A stretch of DNA of 58,067 nt from positions 1 through 58,067 of IMG/VR virus record IMGVR_UViG_3300031452_000007; one strand, 5' to 3'. This document shows, piece by piece, positions 36,258 to 45,316 of the stretch; position 1 is the stretch's first letter; each line of letters opens with the position of its first letter. The DNA comes from a virus (taxonomy: Duplodnaviria; Caudoviricetes). The notes under the pieces are model-generated. The model worked only from the letters and a program-made list of their open reading frames with translations. It was not told the origin of the DNA and did not search any database. The translations under genes and the position numbers were made by a program.

Positions 36258-38171
36258 TCACAACACCTGCCAATCGATCAAGAGATCCGCTGTTGGTCCG
36301 TTCGCGGGTAAGGACGGTCTGGCGTCGGTTATGGACTGTGCCGGTGGCAAGGGAAGCCCCGCCCGCCGGCGCAACAGGGGGTGGTAGTAGTAGCGCCCCG
36401 CCCACCACAGTTTGACCGGCCGCAGGTTGCCGACGATCGCCAGCAACTGCGGAGCCCACAGCCGCCTCACCTCGTCGGCGGTCAGGAGCGGTCGTCCCTT
36501 CTCCGAGAGGCCCATGTTGCCCTGCTTCATGAGGATCTCGCTGCCGTCCCTGGTCGCCCCGCCCTGGCGCTGGGCCACGGTGCCCTCTCCAAGCTCCTGG
36601 GCCACGGCCTCGGCCTGCTCGGCGCGCAAGCCCGGCAGCACGAGATGCGCGTAGCAGCCCTGCAAGATGATCTTGCGGCCAGCCTCGGTGTAGATCTCGT
36701 CAAGCTGCGTCGTCGATTGCGCCCCGATGACAGTCCCGATGCCGGCCTCGCGCGTCGTATTCATGCGCGCCGGCAAGTCGGCGAGCTTGCCGATGGTCCC
36801 AATCTCATCCCACCAGTTTTGAACGCGGCGCTTCAACACCTTCCTGGCCCCGCCGGCGCTGTTGGCCTCCCTGAGTAGCTCGATGTTCATCTGGTCAAAC
36901 AATGCGCCCACGAACGGGCGCAGCATGCGCTCGTAGCCGGGCGTCAGCGTCACGAAGACCGCGACCGGCGGCTTCGATGGATCGGCCAGGTCGCGCCAGA
37001 CGACGCTGTTCCGGCGCGTCGTCTCGACGATCCTGCTATCCCAAAGCGCCATGAACTTCAGCGGCGGGCCACTAAAGACGCTGCCTTCGAGCCGTTCGTT
37101 GCCCTCCATGAACGACAACATGCCTCTGGCGGCCTCGCGCGCCGGCTCACTGTTGGACCGCTTGAGCGTCGCCTTCACCGTGGCGGCGGGCTGGGCCAGG
37201 AACTGCTGCACCGCACGTAGGGTAGCCGTGCCGTGCTCTTCCATGAGATGAAACAGCGTGGCCACCAAGAGGAGCGTCGTCGTGTCATCCCAAAAGGGCG
37301 TATCGCTGTTGCGGCCGGTATTCTCGATGAGCGAGGCGGCCCAGGCGAACGCGTCGGCGGGTTCCTGGATGTGCGCGGGGTCCAGCGGGTTGTAGCCGTC
37401 GCTGGTCAGATCCAGCCAGTCAATCCTGACGACGCGGTAGCCGAGCGTGGCGAGCCAGCCGGCCGTTTGCGCGTAGATGCTCCCCTTCGAGTCGGTGAAC
37501 GTGAGCGATGGCAGCCGGCCAGAGCGCCCGTGCCGCGGCGAGAGGCGCAGGATGTTCTCGACGATCAACCTGGTCTTGCCGTAGCCCGGTGGCCCCCACA
37601 AGATGGCGTTCCGGGCCTGGTCTTTCTCGCGGATCGAGAGGCGCGGACCAATCCCGAACGGGCCGATACGTCCAATGCTAAAGGGGACTTCGCGGCGGCG
37701 GGCGTAGAGCCGCCACCACACGTACCAGCCCGCCCAGCCAGCCGAGCCCGATGAGCGCGAGAGGCGCAAGCCGCCGGCGACGTGGCGCGAGAGGCGCAGC
37801 AGGGGCCGCCACAGCCGCCACAGCACCAGGGCAGCGACGATGAGCAGCAGGTAGACCGTCCATTGCCGGACGCGCGCCATGTGACCTGTACGGGCCTGCA
37901 AGCGGCTATAGCGGGTGCCGATGGTGGGGCCAGTCCAGTCGTGCCAGCTCACGATATGCAGTTTACCCGTGGCCAGGGCCGTCAATTTCAGTCTGTGACG
38001 TTGGGCGGCGTCGGAGAGGTCGGCGGCGACGGCGGCGGGGTAGGACACGGCGACGACGGCGGTCTGATAGACGCGCTGGGCTTGTAGGCGCGTGGTGTGG
38101 TTTGATAGAGCGGCGCGGTAGCCGGCGACAAGGGCGGCGGCGATGAGCAGGGTGAGCAGGATGCGGCGCAT
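36258..38171 (-). CDS. virD4: VirD4/TraG-like type IV coupling protein
   Basis: Two N-terminal TM helices, GPPGYGKT, TDSKG, YNPL, PFW, WDEIG, QSTTQL..IY and RPLLTADEV. Confidence 0.9.
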   Translation of the reverse strand: MRRILLTLLIAAALVAGYRAALSNHTTRLQAQRVYQTAVVAVSYPAAVAADLSDAAQRHRLKLTALATGKLHIVSWHDWTGPTIGTRYSRLQARTGHMARVRQWTVYLLLIVAALVLWRLWRPLLRLSRHVAGGLRLSRSSGSAGWAGWYVWWRLYARRREVPFSIGRIGPFGIGPRLSIREKDQARNAILWGPPGYGKTRLIVENILRLSPRHGRSGRLPSLTFTDSKGSIYAQTAGWLATLGYRVVRIDWLDLTSDGYNPLDPAHIQEPADAFAWAASLIENTGRNSDTPFWDDTTTLLLVATLFHLMEEHGTATLRAVQQFLAQPAATVKATLKRSNSEPAREAARGMLSFMEGNERLEGSVFSGPPLKFMALWDSRIVETTRRNSVVWRDLADPSKPPVAVFVTLTPGYERMLRPFVGALFDQMNIELLREANSAGGARKVLKRRVQNWWDEIGTIGKLADLPARMNTTREAGIGTVIGAQSTTQLDEIYTEAGRKIILQGCYAHLVLPGLRAEQAEAVAQELGEGTVAQRQGGATRDGSEILMKQGNMGLSEKGRPLLTADEVRRLWAPQLLAIVGNLRPVKLWWAGRYYYHPLLRRRAGLPLPPAQSITDARPSLPANGPTADLLIDWQVL

Positions 38172-38181
38172 GGGAACCTCC

Positions 38182-38397
38182 TTACGACCCATGGCGAGGC
38201 AGGGCGTGCTCGCGGATCGCGGCCATAATCGCGTTGAAGGCGCGCTCTTCGTTGCCCGCCGTGTCTATCTGGTAGGGCATTATCTCTTTGACCCCAAGCT
38301 GCTTTGTCGCCTCCAGGTAGCTATCCAGCGCCAGTATCTGCACGGCATCGACCACTTTCTTGGCGAGCTTCTCCTCATGTGTCGTCGCTTTCGGCAT
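38182..38397 (-). CDS. hypothetical protein
   Basis: AGGAGGAG RBS; between relaxase and coupling protein genes. Confidence 0.6.
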   Translation of the reverse strand: MPKATTHEEKLAKKVVDAVQILALDSYLEATKQLGVKEIMPYQIDTAGNEERAFNAIMAAIREHALPRHGS

Positions 38398-38414
38398 GCT
38401 CTCCTCCTATCCTT

Positions 38415-38918
38415 CTATCCCATTACTCGGCGCGCCCGCTCCTCGACACGCGCCTTCCATCGCGCCAATGTCCGCCCTCGAATCTCCACCGAACGTCCCC
38501 CGCTGTCCCCATAACCGGAGGTATCCCCGCCCGCGAGCAGCACATGCGCATGCACGTTGTCGGTGTCCCGATGCACCCCCGCCACCCACACCGGCCGGCG
38601 GTCCAACAGCAGGCCCAGCTCGTCGAGCGCCCCGCACACCAGCGCCCGCGCCGTCGCTGTGTCGTCGAGTCCCTGCTCGGTGCGCAGTGAGAGGATCACG
38701 CGGTGATAGGCCACCGGCCCCGTCCAGTGCGGCGCCAGGCCATGGGATGCGATAAGGGAGCGCGCCTCTTGTGGAGACACCGGCGCCAGCATCCGGCCAA
38801 ACAAGGGGACGTCGCCGGCGCGGCTGATGTAGCGGCACTGCTGCGTCAGGCGAGAAGGCGCGCGGATGTTGTTCTGCTGATACCGGGTGTCGATCACGGT
38901 GAGAGCCTTGTCGCTCAT
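38415..38918 (-). CDS. minimal HUH relaxase (MOBP-like)
   Basis: Motif I YISR, motif II YHRVILS, motif III HRDTDNVHAHV. Confidence 0.75.
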   Translation of the reverse strand: MSDKALTVIDTRYQQNNIRAPSRLTQQCRYISRAGDVPLFGRMLAPVSPQEARSLIASHGLAPHWTGPVAYHRVILSLRTEQGLDDTATARALVCGALDELGLLLDRRPVWVAGVHRDTDNVHAHVLLAGGDTSGYGDSGGRSVEIRGRTLARWKARVEERARRVMG

Positions 38919-38931
38919 GTATGGCCTACCC

Positions 38932-39495
38932 TCAACTCTTGCCCGCTAACAAGCGCAGCCAGCCCCGCCGTGGCATGGGTGGCGCGGGTGTTACGTCAGG
39001 CACAACGGTTGGTCGCACCGGCCACCGCTGGGGCCGCTGCTCCGCCTCCTCATCGCCACTGCCCTCGTCAGCAGAGCTGACGCGCCCGCGCATCAGCCGC
39101 GCCATCACGCCGTCGGCGCGCGCCTGGCGGGCCACACGCAGGGCCTCCTCTTCGTTGCGTACCGCCGCCGCCGGATCGGTCAGGTGGCACAGCAGCGCGA
39201 AGAGCAGCAGCCGGGCCGTCGCCGCTTCCAGGTGCGGACCTTCCAGGATCTCCTTGAGCTGGCGCGTCATCTGGTCAGTGTAGTCACCCAGCACGCGCCG
39301 GGTCATCTCTTCGAGCGCGCCCAGCCCCGCTTCGGCCTGGCGCTCGGCCGCTTCCGTGCCGACGGCCATCTTGACGAGCCGATCCAGCGTACGGCCGTTA
39401 TCGAGCCCCCACTCTTCGGTGTAGTCCTCGACGAGCTGGCGCGTTGCCGGGTCGACCGTGAGGTTGAAGCGCACCCGCTTGGTGTCGTCGCTCAT
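38932..39495 (-). CDS. MobC-like relaxosome accessory protein (RHH)
   Basis: RVRFNLTV strand plus helices; directly upstream of the relaxase. Confidence 0.55.
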   Translation of the reverse strand: MSDDTKRVRFNLTVDPATRQLVEDYTEEWGLDNGRTLDRLVKMAVGTEAAERQAEAGLGALEEMTRRVLGDYTDQMTRQLKEILEGPHLEAATARLLLFALLCHLTDPAAAVRNEEEALRVARQARADGVMARLMRGRVSSADEGSGDEEAEQRPQRWPVRPTVVPDVTPAPPMPRRGWLRLLAGKS

Positions 39496-39590
39496 CGCCC
39501 ACCGCCGATCGAGGCCGGCCAGCACGCGGAGAGTGGCAGGGTAAAGGCGTGCGCATGAGGGCGTGCACAGCGGCCGTCTACGCCTGAAAA

Positions 39591-39657
39591 GCCGCGTGCA
39601 TGGTTTGCACGCGGCCCCTGGCCCATGCACGTCCCGCGTGCATGGCTTATCCCTGGG
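39591..39657. other. candidate origin of transfer (oriT)
   Basis: Two inverted repeats (39591-39615, 39623-39645) followed by TTATCCCTG, upstream of mobC-relaxase. Confidence 0.5.
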
Positions 39658-39692
39658 ACACGCAACGTATGCACGCGCATCAACATCCCCCT

Positions 39693-39935
39693 TTAGCCTG
39701 CCATGTAGATCAAATGATGCTGCACGCCATAGACGACGGCGAAGACCAGGAAGAGCAACACCAGCACGACGATGAGGACAAGCAATGCCAGCGCCAGTCG
39801 TCGTAGGCCGCGCCCCGTGATCGTGACCCATGGCCGGCTGATCGGAATCGGCACTCCCTGCCCCGCGAGCAGCCGGGCGATGCGCCGTCGCTCTTTCCGT
39901 CGGCCCGCGAAATACCCCGCTCCAAAGTTATCCAT
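39693..39935 (-). CDS. small membrane protein
   Basis: One long TM helix; AAGGAG RBS. Confidence 0.55.
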   Translation of the reverse strand: MDNFGAGYFAGRRKERRRIARLLAGQGVPIPISRPWVTITGRGLRRLALALLVLIVVLVLLFLVFAVVYGVQHHLIYMAG

Positions 39936-39952
39936 GGCTTGCTCCTTCCTGC

Positions 39953-41080
39953 CTACATAAACCCAGCGAACGTTGCCGCTTTCGACGCCAGACCGGATAG
40001 ACTACCCGCCCCGGCGTGCGCCGCCGCCGACACCAGCCCCGCCAGGATAAACGGGACGAGCGCCAGCACAAGCAGCCCCCCCAGTAGCATGATGTCATTC
40101 CAGACGATACCGCCAATCACCCCGCCCACGCGCCCGTTGCCTTGCCCTTCCAGAGACACGATCACCGAGAGCATGAGCGCGTAGGCCGGCCCCAGCAGCG
40201 ACAAGTAAGCGAACGTGCGCAGCCAGGCCCGCGCTATGTCGGCCACCGGCGGCCACGCGAACAGGATAATCGCCAACGGGCCGATCTCGTAGACAAAGGC
40301 GAAGACGTGCAGGCTCACGGCACGCTCGATGCCCACGACAATGAGGAGCACCGGGGCCAGCACCAGCGCCAGGCCGCTATGTCCGAGGTCGTGCATGGTG
40401 GACGCTCCGATGTCACCGGCCAGGCCATTGACGCCGCCCATCCACATGTTCACGAGCGTATCATACGCCGCGAGCGCGGCCAGCACGAGGCCAGACCGCC
40501 ACAACAACGCCACGCCCTGGGCCACATTGCCAAACCAGGCGGGTTTCATGGTCCAGAGTACGGCGATCCCAAAGACGACGGCGAAAGCATCGCCCGCGTC
40601 GGTCGCCAGCGTGTCCTTGACCCTGACCAGGCCCGCGTTGCCGGTCGGGTTGTCCGTGCGTGTGAGCGGCCCGATGATAGCATCCGTGACGTCCTTGATC
40701 TGTGTCTCCAGTATCGTCGTCAGGCCGCCCCACAGCGCCGCCCAGCCCTGCTGAATAACACCCCAGATGTCGATGCAGAGGCCGTTACCCAGCGGTAAAG
40801 GAATGGCGAGCCCGCTCGCGCCGCACGTCGAAGACGACGACACCGCCCCGCCGATCGTCGCCGCCGGCGTTGGTGAGGGGCTCGGTGTGGGGCTCGGGCT
40901 TGGAGCCGCCGTGGCGATCACGACCACGACGCGCGCTGTTTGCGTCGGCGCGGGCAACGTCGTGACCACTGCGGGGGGGAACGTGGGAAATGGTCCCGCC
41001 GCGCCGGCCGCCGTGGGCAGGGCCACCGCGATGAGCAGTGCTACCGCCAGGAAGATCACGGAGCGTGTGCGTGTCGTCAT
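39953..41080 (-). CDS. VirB6/TrbL-like polytopic membrane protein
   Basis: Signal peptide, Pro/Thr linker, multiple TM helices, GPLAI.L..WP....ARAW motif; follows VirB4. Confidence 0.65.
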   Translation of the reverse strand: MTTRTRSVIFLAVALLIAVALPTAAGAAGPFPTFPPAVVTTLPAPTQTARVVVVIATAAPSPSPTPSPSPTPAATIGGAVSSSSTCGASGLAIPLPLGNGLCIDIWGVIQQGWAALWGGLTTILETQIKDVTDAIIGPLTRTDNPTGNAGLVRVKDTLATDAGDAFAVVFGIAVLWTMKPAWFGNVAQGVALLWRSGLVLAALAAYDTLVNMWMGGVNGLAGDIGASTMHDLGHSGLALVLAPVLLIVVGIERAVSLHVFAFVYEIGPLAIILFAWPPVADIARAWLRTFAYLSLLGPAYALMLSVIVSLEGQGNGRVGGVIGGIVWNDIMLLGGLLVLALVPFILAGLVSAAAHAGAGSLSGLASKAATFAGFM

Positions 41081-43524
41081 GCCATCCTCCTTTGCGGCGT
41101 GACGCCATCCGTGTCTAGCGCCATCTTTATCCCAGCCCACACGTCACCGCCGGCGCGCGCAGTCCACCACTGGCGCGCGGCCAAGTCGTCTACATCGCTG
41201 GCGTACAGCTTCGCCTCTTCGGGCGTCAGTTCCACGCGCACGATCCCGTGTAGGTCGCGCGGGATCGTGCGGTCGCGCCGGCTCATGAACATGGGCATGT
41301 AGACGCCCTTCTCTCCGCTCATACGCTGGGCCTGATCGACCTCGGCCGGCGTCAGGTTCAGCATCCGTTCAAGCCACAGGCGCGGGTTGCCCTCGGTCTG
41401 CTGGCCGTTGTCCTCAACCGAAAAGAGCGCCTTCCACGAGCTTTGCGTGAAGAACGTTTCGGCGTCGGTGTCCCCGACCAGGTCCTTGATCTGCTGCGAG
41501 GCGAACACCACGCAGTTGCCGCCGTGGCGGGCCTTGCGGGCGTCACGGTTGATGTGCTCACGCGCCAGCGGGCTTTTCAACAGGCCCCACGCCTCATCGA
41601 GCCCCGTCAAGTGGTCGGCGCTCGGGCGCCCCGCCGCCGCGCTCCGCGCGCGGGCCAGCACGCGGCGTTGGTCAACGATCGCGAACACGGAGAAGTAGGC
41701 GTAGTTGCGCAGGGCCATGTCTTGCTCCAGCGGTCCGGTGTCGAAGGCGAGCAGCGGCGCGTCCAGGCGCACGCTGGTCTGCCCATCGACCAGGCGCGCG
41801 TGCTGGCCGTCGCCCACGTAGGGCCGCAGCCGCCAGCCCAGCGCCCGCCACACCTTCTTGTCGTCGCGGTCGCCCTTCGTGGCCGTCCATTGCCTCTCCA
41901 TGTAGGCGTAGAGGTCGGCCATGACCGGCGTGTGGTCGGGCGCGGCCGCGTAGACGGCGCGGACTGCCTCGTCCACGAAGGCAGGCTCCAGGTCGGCCAG
42001 ACCGCCCAGCAGCAGATCAACGGCCGCGCACACGAAGCGCACGCGCTCGCGGCGGTCCTCGTCCGTGGCGCGTGGGCCGTCCCACACATTGATGCACGCG
42101 GACTGCGCCCCGCCCAACGTCGCCTCGACGCCGCCAGAGATGGCGCACAGCGCCCCGAAGCTGGCGACCGAGGAGACGACTGTCGCCATGTCCCCGCGTA
42201 GCATGAACCACAGCGCCAGCTTCTGCAGCAGGCTCGTCTTGCCCGTGCCGACGCGCCCCAGCACCACGCCGATACGGTTGTAGAGGTTCGGGTCGTCCAG
42301 CGCCAGGCTCACCACGTCGCCGGCCGCGTCCGTCACGCCCAACGGGACACCCGGCGTGCGTGTGCCCGGATTGAACGCCAGGAACGGCCAGGCGTTGCCG
42401 AGCGTGGGCGAGTCCCAGCGATACGTCGAACGCGCCCGGTCGGGATAGCCCGGCAAGGTCGCGCGGTAGAGCGGCTCCTGGTGCGCGTGTCCATAGCCCG
42501 GCTCCGCGATCATCGTGTCGCGCATCGCCTGCAAGATCCGTGTCACGCGGGCGTCAAGCTGGGCCTGCGTGTCGCCCTCTAGCCGCACGTAGCAGCCCAC
42601 ACGGACGATGCTGTAGCCTTGCGTGTGCAGCGCCACCGCCTGCGCGTGCGCGTCCTGTGCGGCCAGGTCGGTGGTAATGTCGCTGTGGCCCGTCGTGGTG
42701 GCGCTCATGACGCGGAGGCGCGCGCCTTGGCGCTTACGCTCCCACCACCGGCTCAGGCCGGTCATATGTAGCACGATAGTGACGGGGCAGTCCGCCGCCA
42801 CCAGTGGCCGTAGCCACCCAGGGTCAGTCTCGACCGGCGGTTGTACCAGGAAGAGCGTGCGCACCCACCGCGCGACCTTCGCTGAGGCGCTCCCTGTGCC
42901 TAGGCGGTAGCGGAGGTTGCCCTCCGTGCCGTGTGGCGCCGTGTACCCCGCGTCGTCGTCCACGTCCGTGCCTGCGGCGTCGTCGGTCTGGTCCAGGTGC
43001 CGCGCGAGGAAGGCGTGGGCGTCGGCCGTCGTGACGAGCAGCGGGGCCAGGCCCATGCTCACCAGTTGCCGTGTGATCGCGGCCGTGGCCTGCGCGCGCC
43101 GGGCCGGCTCCGTCTGGTCGGGGTAGCCGTCCTGGATAGGGTACGGCTGGAGCAGCAGCCAGTAGTCGAGCGTGGCCGCATGGCGCGCCGTCGCGGCCGT
43201 CAGCCGGTCGGCCCAACGCGCCACCAAGCGCTCGCCCACCTCACCTAGCGCGGGCGTGTAGGGCGTGGGCGCGAGCTGGGCGCGTAGGGTCTGTGTCATC
43301 GTCGCGGCGTCCGCCGGGCGGTTCTCGATATAGACGGCCAGCCGCGCCTTGTAGGGCAAGCTGGCCGCGAGCAGGGCGAGCAGGCCCGCGTGGCGGTCCT
43401 GGTCGGGCGTGGAGAGCGACGCGAGCGCCACTCCAGGGAGATGGAGCAGCGCCCGCGTGATGCCGTCCGCGCCGGTGATCGTCGCGTCGTCATTCACTAT
43501 GACGGGCGTCAGTCTGCGGCGCAT
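41077..43524 (-). CDS. virB4: VirB4-like conjugative ATPase
   Basis: Walker A GRVGTGKT, INVWD, DEAW, ARKARH and ASQ motifs. Confidence 0.9.
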   Translation of the reverse strand: MRRRLTPVIVNDDATITGADGITRALLHLPGVALASLSTPDQDRHAGLLALLAASLPYKARLAVYIENRPADAATMTQTLRAQLAPTPYTPALGEVGERLVARWADRLTAATARHAATLDYWLLLQPYPIQDGYPDQTEPARRAQATAAITRQLVSMGLAPLLVTTADAHAFLARHLDQTDDAAGTDVDDDAGYTAPHGTEGNLRYRLGTGSASAKVARWVRTLFLVQPPVETDPGWLRPLVAADCPVTIVLHMTGLSRWWERKRQGARLRVMSATTTGHSDITTDLAAQDAHAQAVALHTQGYSIVRVGCYVRLEGDTQAQLDARVTRILQAMRDTMIAEPGYGHAHQEPLYRATLPGYPDRARSTYRWDSPTLGNAWPFLAFNPGTRTPGVPLGVTDAAGDVVSLALDDPNLYNRIGVVLGRVGTGKTSLLQKLALWFMLRGDMATVVSSVASFGALCAISGGVEATLGGAQSACINVWDGPRATDEDRRERVRFVCAAVDLLLGGLADLEPAFVDEAVRAVYAAAPDHTPVMADLYAYMERQWTATKGDRDDKKVWRALGWRLRPYVGDGQHARLVDGQTSVRLDAPLLAFDTGPLEQDMALRNYAYFSVFAIVDQRRVLARARSAAAGRPSADHLTGLDEAWGLLKSPLAREHINRDARKARHGGNCVVFASQQIKDLVGDTDAETFFTQSSWKALFSVEDNGQQTEGNPRLWLERMLNLTPAEVDQAQRMSGEKGVYMPMFMSRRDRTIPRDLHGIVRVELTPEEAKLYASDVDDLAARQWWTARAGGDVWAGIKMALDTDGVTPQRRMA

Positions 43525-43882
43525 GAGTCCTCCTTTGGGCCTGTACGGCCGTCCGTGCCTGGGCGGTCCTGGTGGTGAGTTGTGTCCGGGCCACCGCGAT
43601 CCCGCGCGCCATGGTCCGGCCCATGACGCGCACGGCGTAGCGGCTCATTTGCGCGGGGTATCTTTCGATGCCGCCGCGCCCGAAGGCCAGGATCGGCGCG
43701 ACCAGCAGCACGGTTGGCGCGGCGACGGCCAGGATGTGCATGTTCGGGTTGTGAATCCCGCTCGCCAGGATGGCGCACACCCAGAGCGATACCGCCCCGA
43801 CCCCCATAGCGATCCACTGAGGGACCGTCAGCCGCGCCAGGCGTAGATTATCGTTCAAGCTGCGTGGCGTCCGGTGAGCCAC
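43490..43882 (-). CDS. PrgI/VirB3-like membrane protein
   Basis: LTVPQW plus two TM helices, immediately before VirB4. Confidence 0.6.
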   Translation of the reverse strand: MAHRTPRSLNDNLRLARLTVPQWIAMGVGAVSLWVCAILASGIHNPNMHILAVAAPTVLLVAPILAFGRGGIERYPAQMSRYAVRVMGRTMARGIAVARTQLTTRTAQARTAVQAQRRTHAPQTDARHSE

Positions 43883-43884
43883 GC

Positions 43885-44100
43885 TTATATCCCTGCCCCA
43901 ATGGCCACGAAGCTGGCGATCAGGACAATGGCCAGGAACGCCGATCCCAGGATCTCCGCTTTATGGCCTCGGCTAAACACCAGTCCACACGCCGCGCTAA
44001 TGATGATAATGGCGATCAGGGCCGGCGAGATTTCCTTGATGTAGCCGATAGCCTTGGCGGCGGCGTCCCCGAAGGCCGAGGCGATAACGACATTGTTCAT
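43885..44100 (-). CDS. VirB2/pilin-like protein
   Basis: 71 aa, two TM helices with a short basic loop; first full gene of the tra operon; AAGGAG RBS. Confidence 0.55.
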   Translation of the reverse strand: MNNVVIASAFGDAAAKAIGYIKEISPALIAIIIISAACGLVFSRGHKAEILGSAFLAIVLIASFVAIGAGI

Positions 44101-44128
44101 GGTGTACTCCTTGTTTTTTAAACGGTGC

Positions 44129-44287
44129 CTACAGGGTGTCGGCTTTGTGCTCACGGTTGAACGCCAGGGCGCAGGTGGAGCTCACGATGATGAACGCGAT
44201 GAGCGCCGGGCTCATGGCGTGAACGTACCCCAGCGCTTTAGACGCAGCGTCCCCGAGGGTGCTGGCGATAACGAGAGATTCCATCAT
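44129..44287 (-). CDS. truncated paralog of the pilin-like protein
   Basis: VIAS..GDAA.KA.GY....SPALIA shared with 43885..44100; lacks the second TM. Confidence 0.55.
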   Translation of the reverse strand: MMESLVIASTLGDAASKALGYVHAMSPALIAFIIVSSTCALAFNREHKADTL

Positions 44288-44428
44288 GACGTGCCTTCCT
44301 TCGTTATTCGGTGGTGGGCTGTTATGGTTATAATAGCAGTCAAGAGCAACTCCAAGCAACCACGAACTACACAAGCGCCGCTTATAGTAACGGGGAGATG
44401 CTCAACTAAAGGGAGGTGGCGGCGCGTT

Positions 44429-44629
44429 ATGGACAGGAGGCGACGCGAGGTGATCTACACCGAACGCATGATGCTGCGTTTAACGCCGGAGGAAAAGGCT
44501 GCTCTACAACAAGCGGCCGACGCCGAACACATCCCCTCACTAGCGGTTGTCGCCCGTAAGGCGATTATCGAATGGCTAGAGCAACGTGGACTCAAAACAG
44601 GCCCGCGTGACGACGACACCCCCGCCTAA
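44429..44629 (+). CDS. RHH regulator divergent from the tra operon
   Basis: MMLRLTPEEKAALQQAA; GGAGG RBS. Confidence 0.7.
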   Translation: MDRRRREVIYTERMMLRLTPEEKAALQQAADAEHIPSLAVVARKAIIEWLEQRGLKTGPRDDDTPA

Positions 44630-44630
44630 A

Positions 44631-44672
44631 GCACGCGGCGCCGGTGATAGCAGCATCACCGGCGCCGCGTGC
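44631..44672 (+). terminator. hairpin terminator
   Basis: Perfect 18 bp stem right after the stop codon. Confidence 0.65.
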
Positions 44673-44766
44673 GGCATTGATGTGCCGGACGGTCAGGATA
44701 AGCCGGAGAGCGGCCCCGATAAGGAGGACGAGGCGTAAATGACGACGCGGGGAACGGCAGCGACTC

Positions 44767-45015
44767 ATGCCTGATGACGAGGAATACTTCACCCTGACCG
44801 AAGCCATGAGGCGCGCGGGCTTGAAGGACAACAAGTCCATCTATCGGGCGATGCGATCCGGCCGCCTCAAGACGGTGACCAAAATGTCAGGACCGCGCAT
44901 CGTACACCTGACGACCCAGGCGTGGCTCGACGCGTTCCTGGCTAGCCGAGCCAACGGACAGCGCCCCGGCCCCATGCACGAACCCGAGCCCGCCGACAAC
45001 GACACGCACGCCTAA
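44767..45015 (+). CDS. excisionase-like HTH protein
   Basis: YFTLTEA...SIYRAMRSGRLK, a MerR/Xis-type winged helix pattern. Confidence 0.65.
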   Translation: MPDDEEYFTLTEAMRRAGLKDNKSIYRAMRSGRLKTVTKMSGPRIVHLTTQAWLDAFLASRANGQRPGPMHEPEPADNDTHA

Positions 45016-45050
45016 CCCGCATGAGGGCCAACACAAGGAGAACGTACGCT

Positions 45051-45263
45051 ATGGCTGACGCACGACCAACATGCCCCGATTGCGACATCAAGGGCATAGA
45101 GTACATCGTATCCACGCCAAGTACCGAAACGTCTGAGGGCGGCGACCCCTGGTTTAATGTCGCGCATTGCAATCAGTGCGGGCATGTCTACGGCGTCTTC
45201 GCCAAAACTGTTAACCGTCCCGCGCCCGTGCTGCCCGTTACAACTATTCCGTACCAACCGTAG
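45051..45263 (+). CDS. zinc-ribbon protein
   Basis: CPDC...CNQCGHVYGVF; AAGGAG RBS. Confidence 0.7.
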   Translation: MADARPTCPDCDIKGIEYIVSTPSTETSEGGDPWFNVAHCNQCGHVYGVFAKTVNRPAPVLPVTTIPYQP

Positions 45264-45276
45264 AGCGAACGTCATA

Positions 45277-45316
45277 AGAGAGGGCCTGGCGTCACTATTG
45301 GCGCCAGGCCCTCTCT
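45277..45316. terminator. terminator hairpin between convergent units
   Basis: AGAGAGGGCCTGGCG / CGCCAGGCCCTCTCT 15 bp stem. Confidence 0.7.

Larger units (their letters stand above)
34409..45263. mobile_element. conjugation/mobilisation module embedded in the prophage
   Basis: VirB2-, VirB3-, VirB4-, VirB6- and VirD4-like genes, relaxase, MobC, primase and candidate oriT. Confidence 0.8.
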
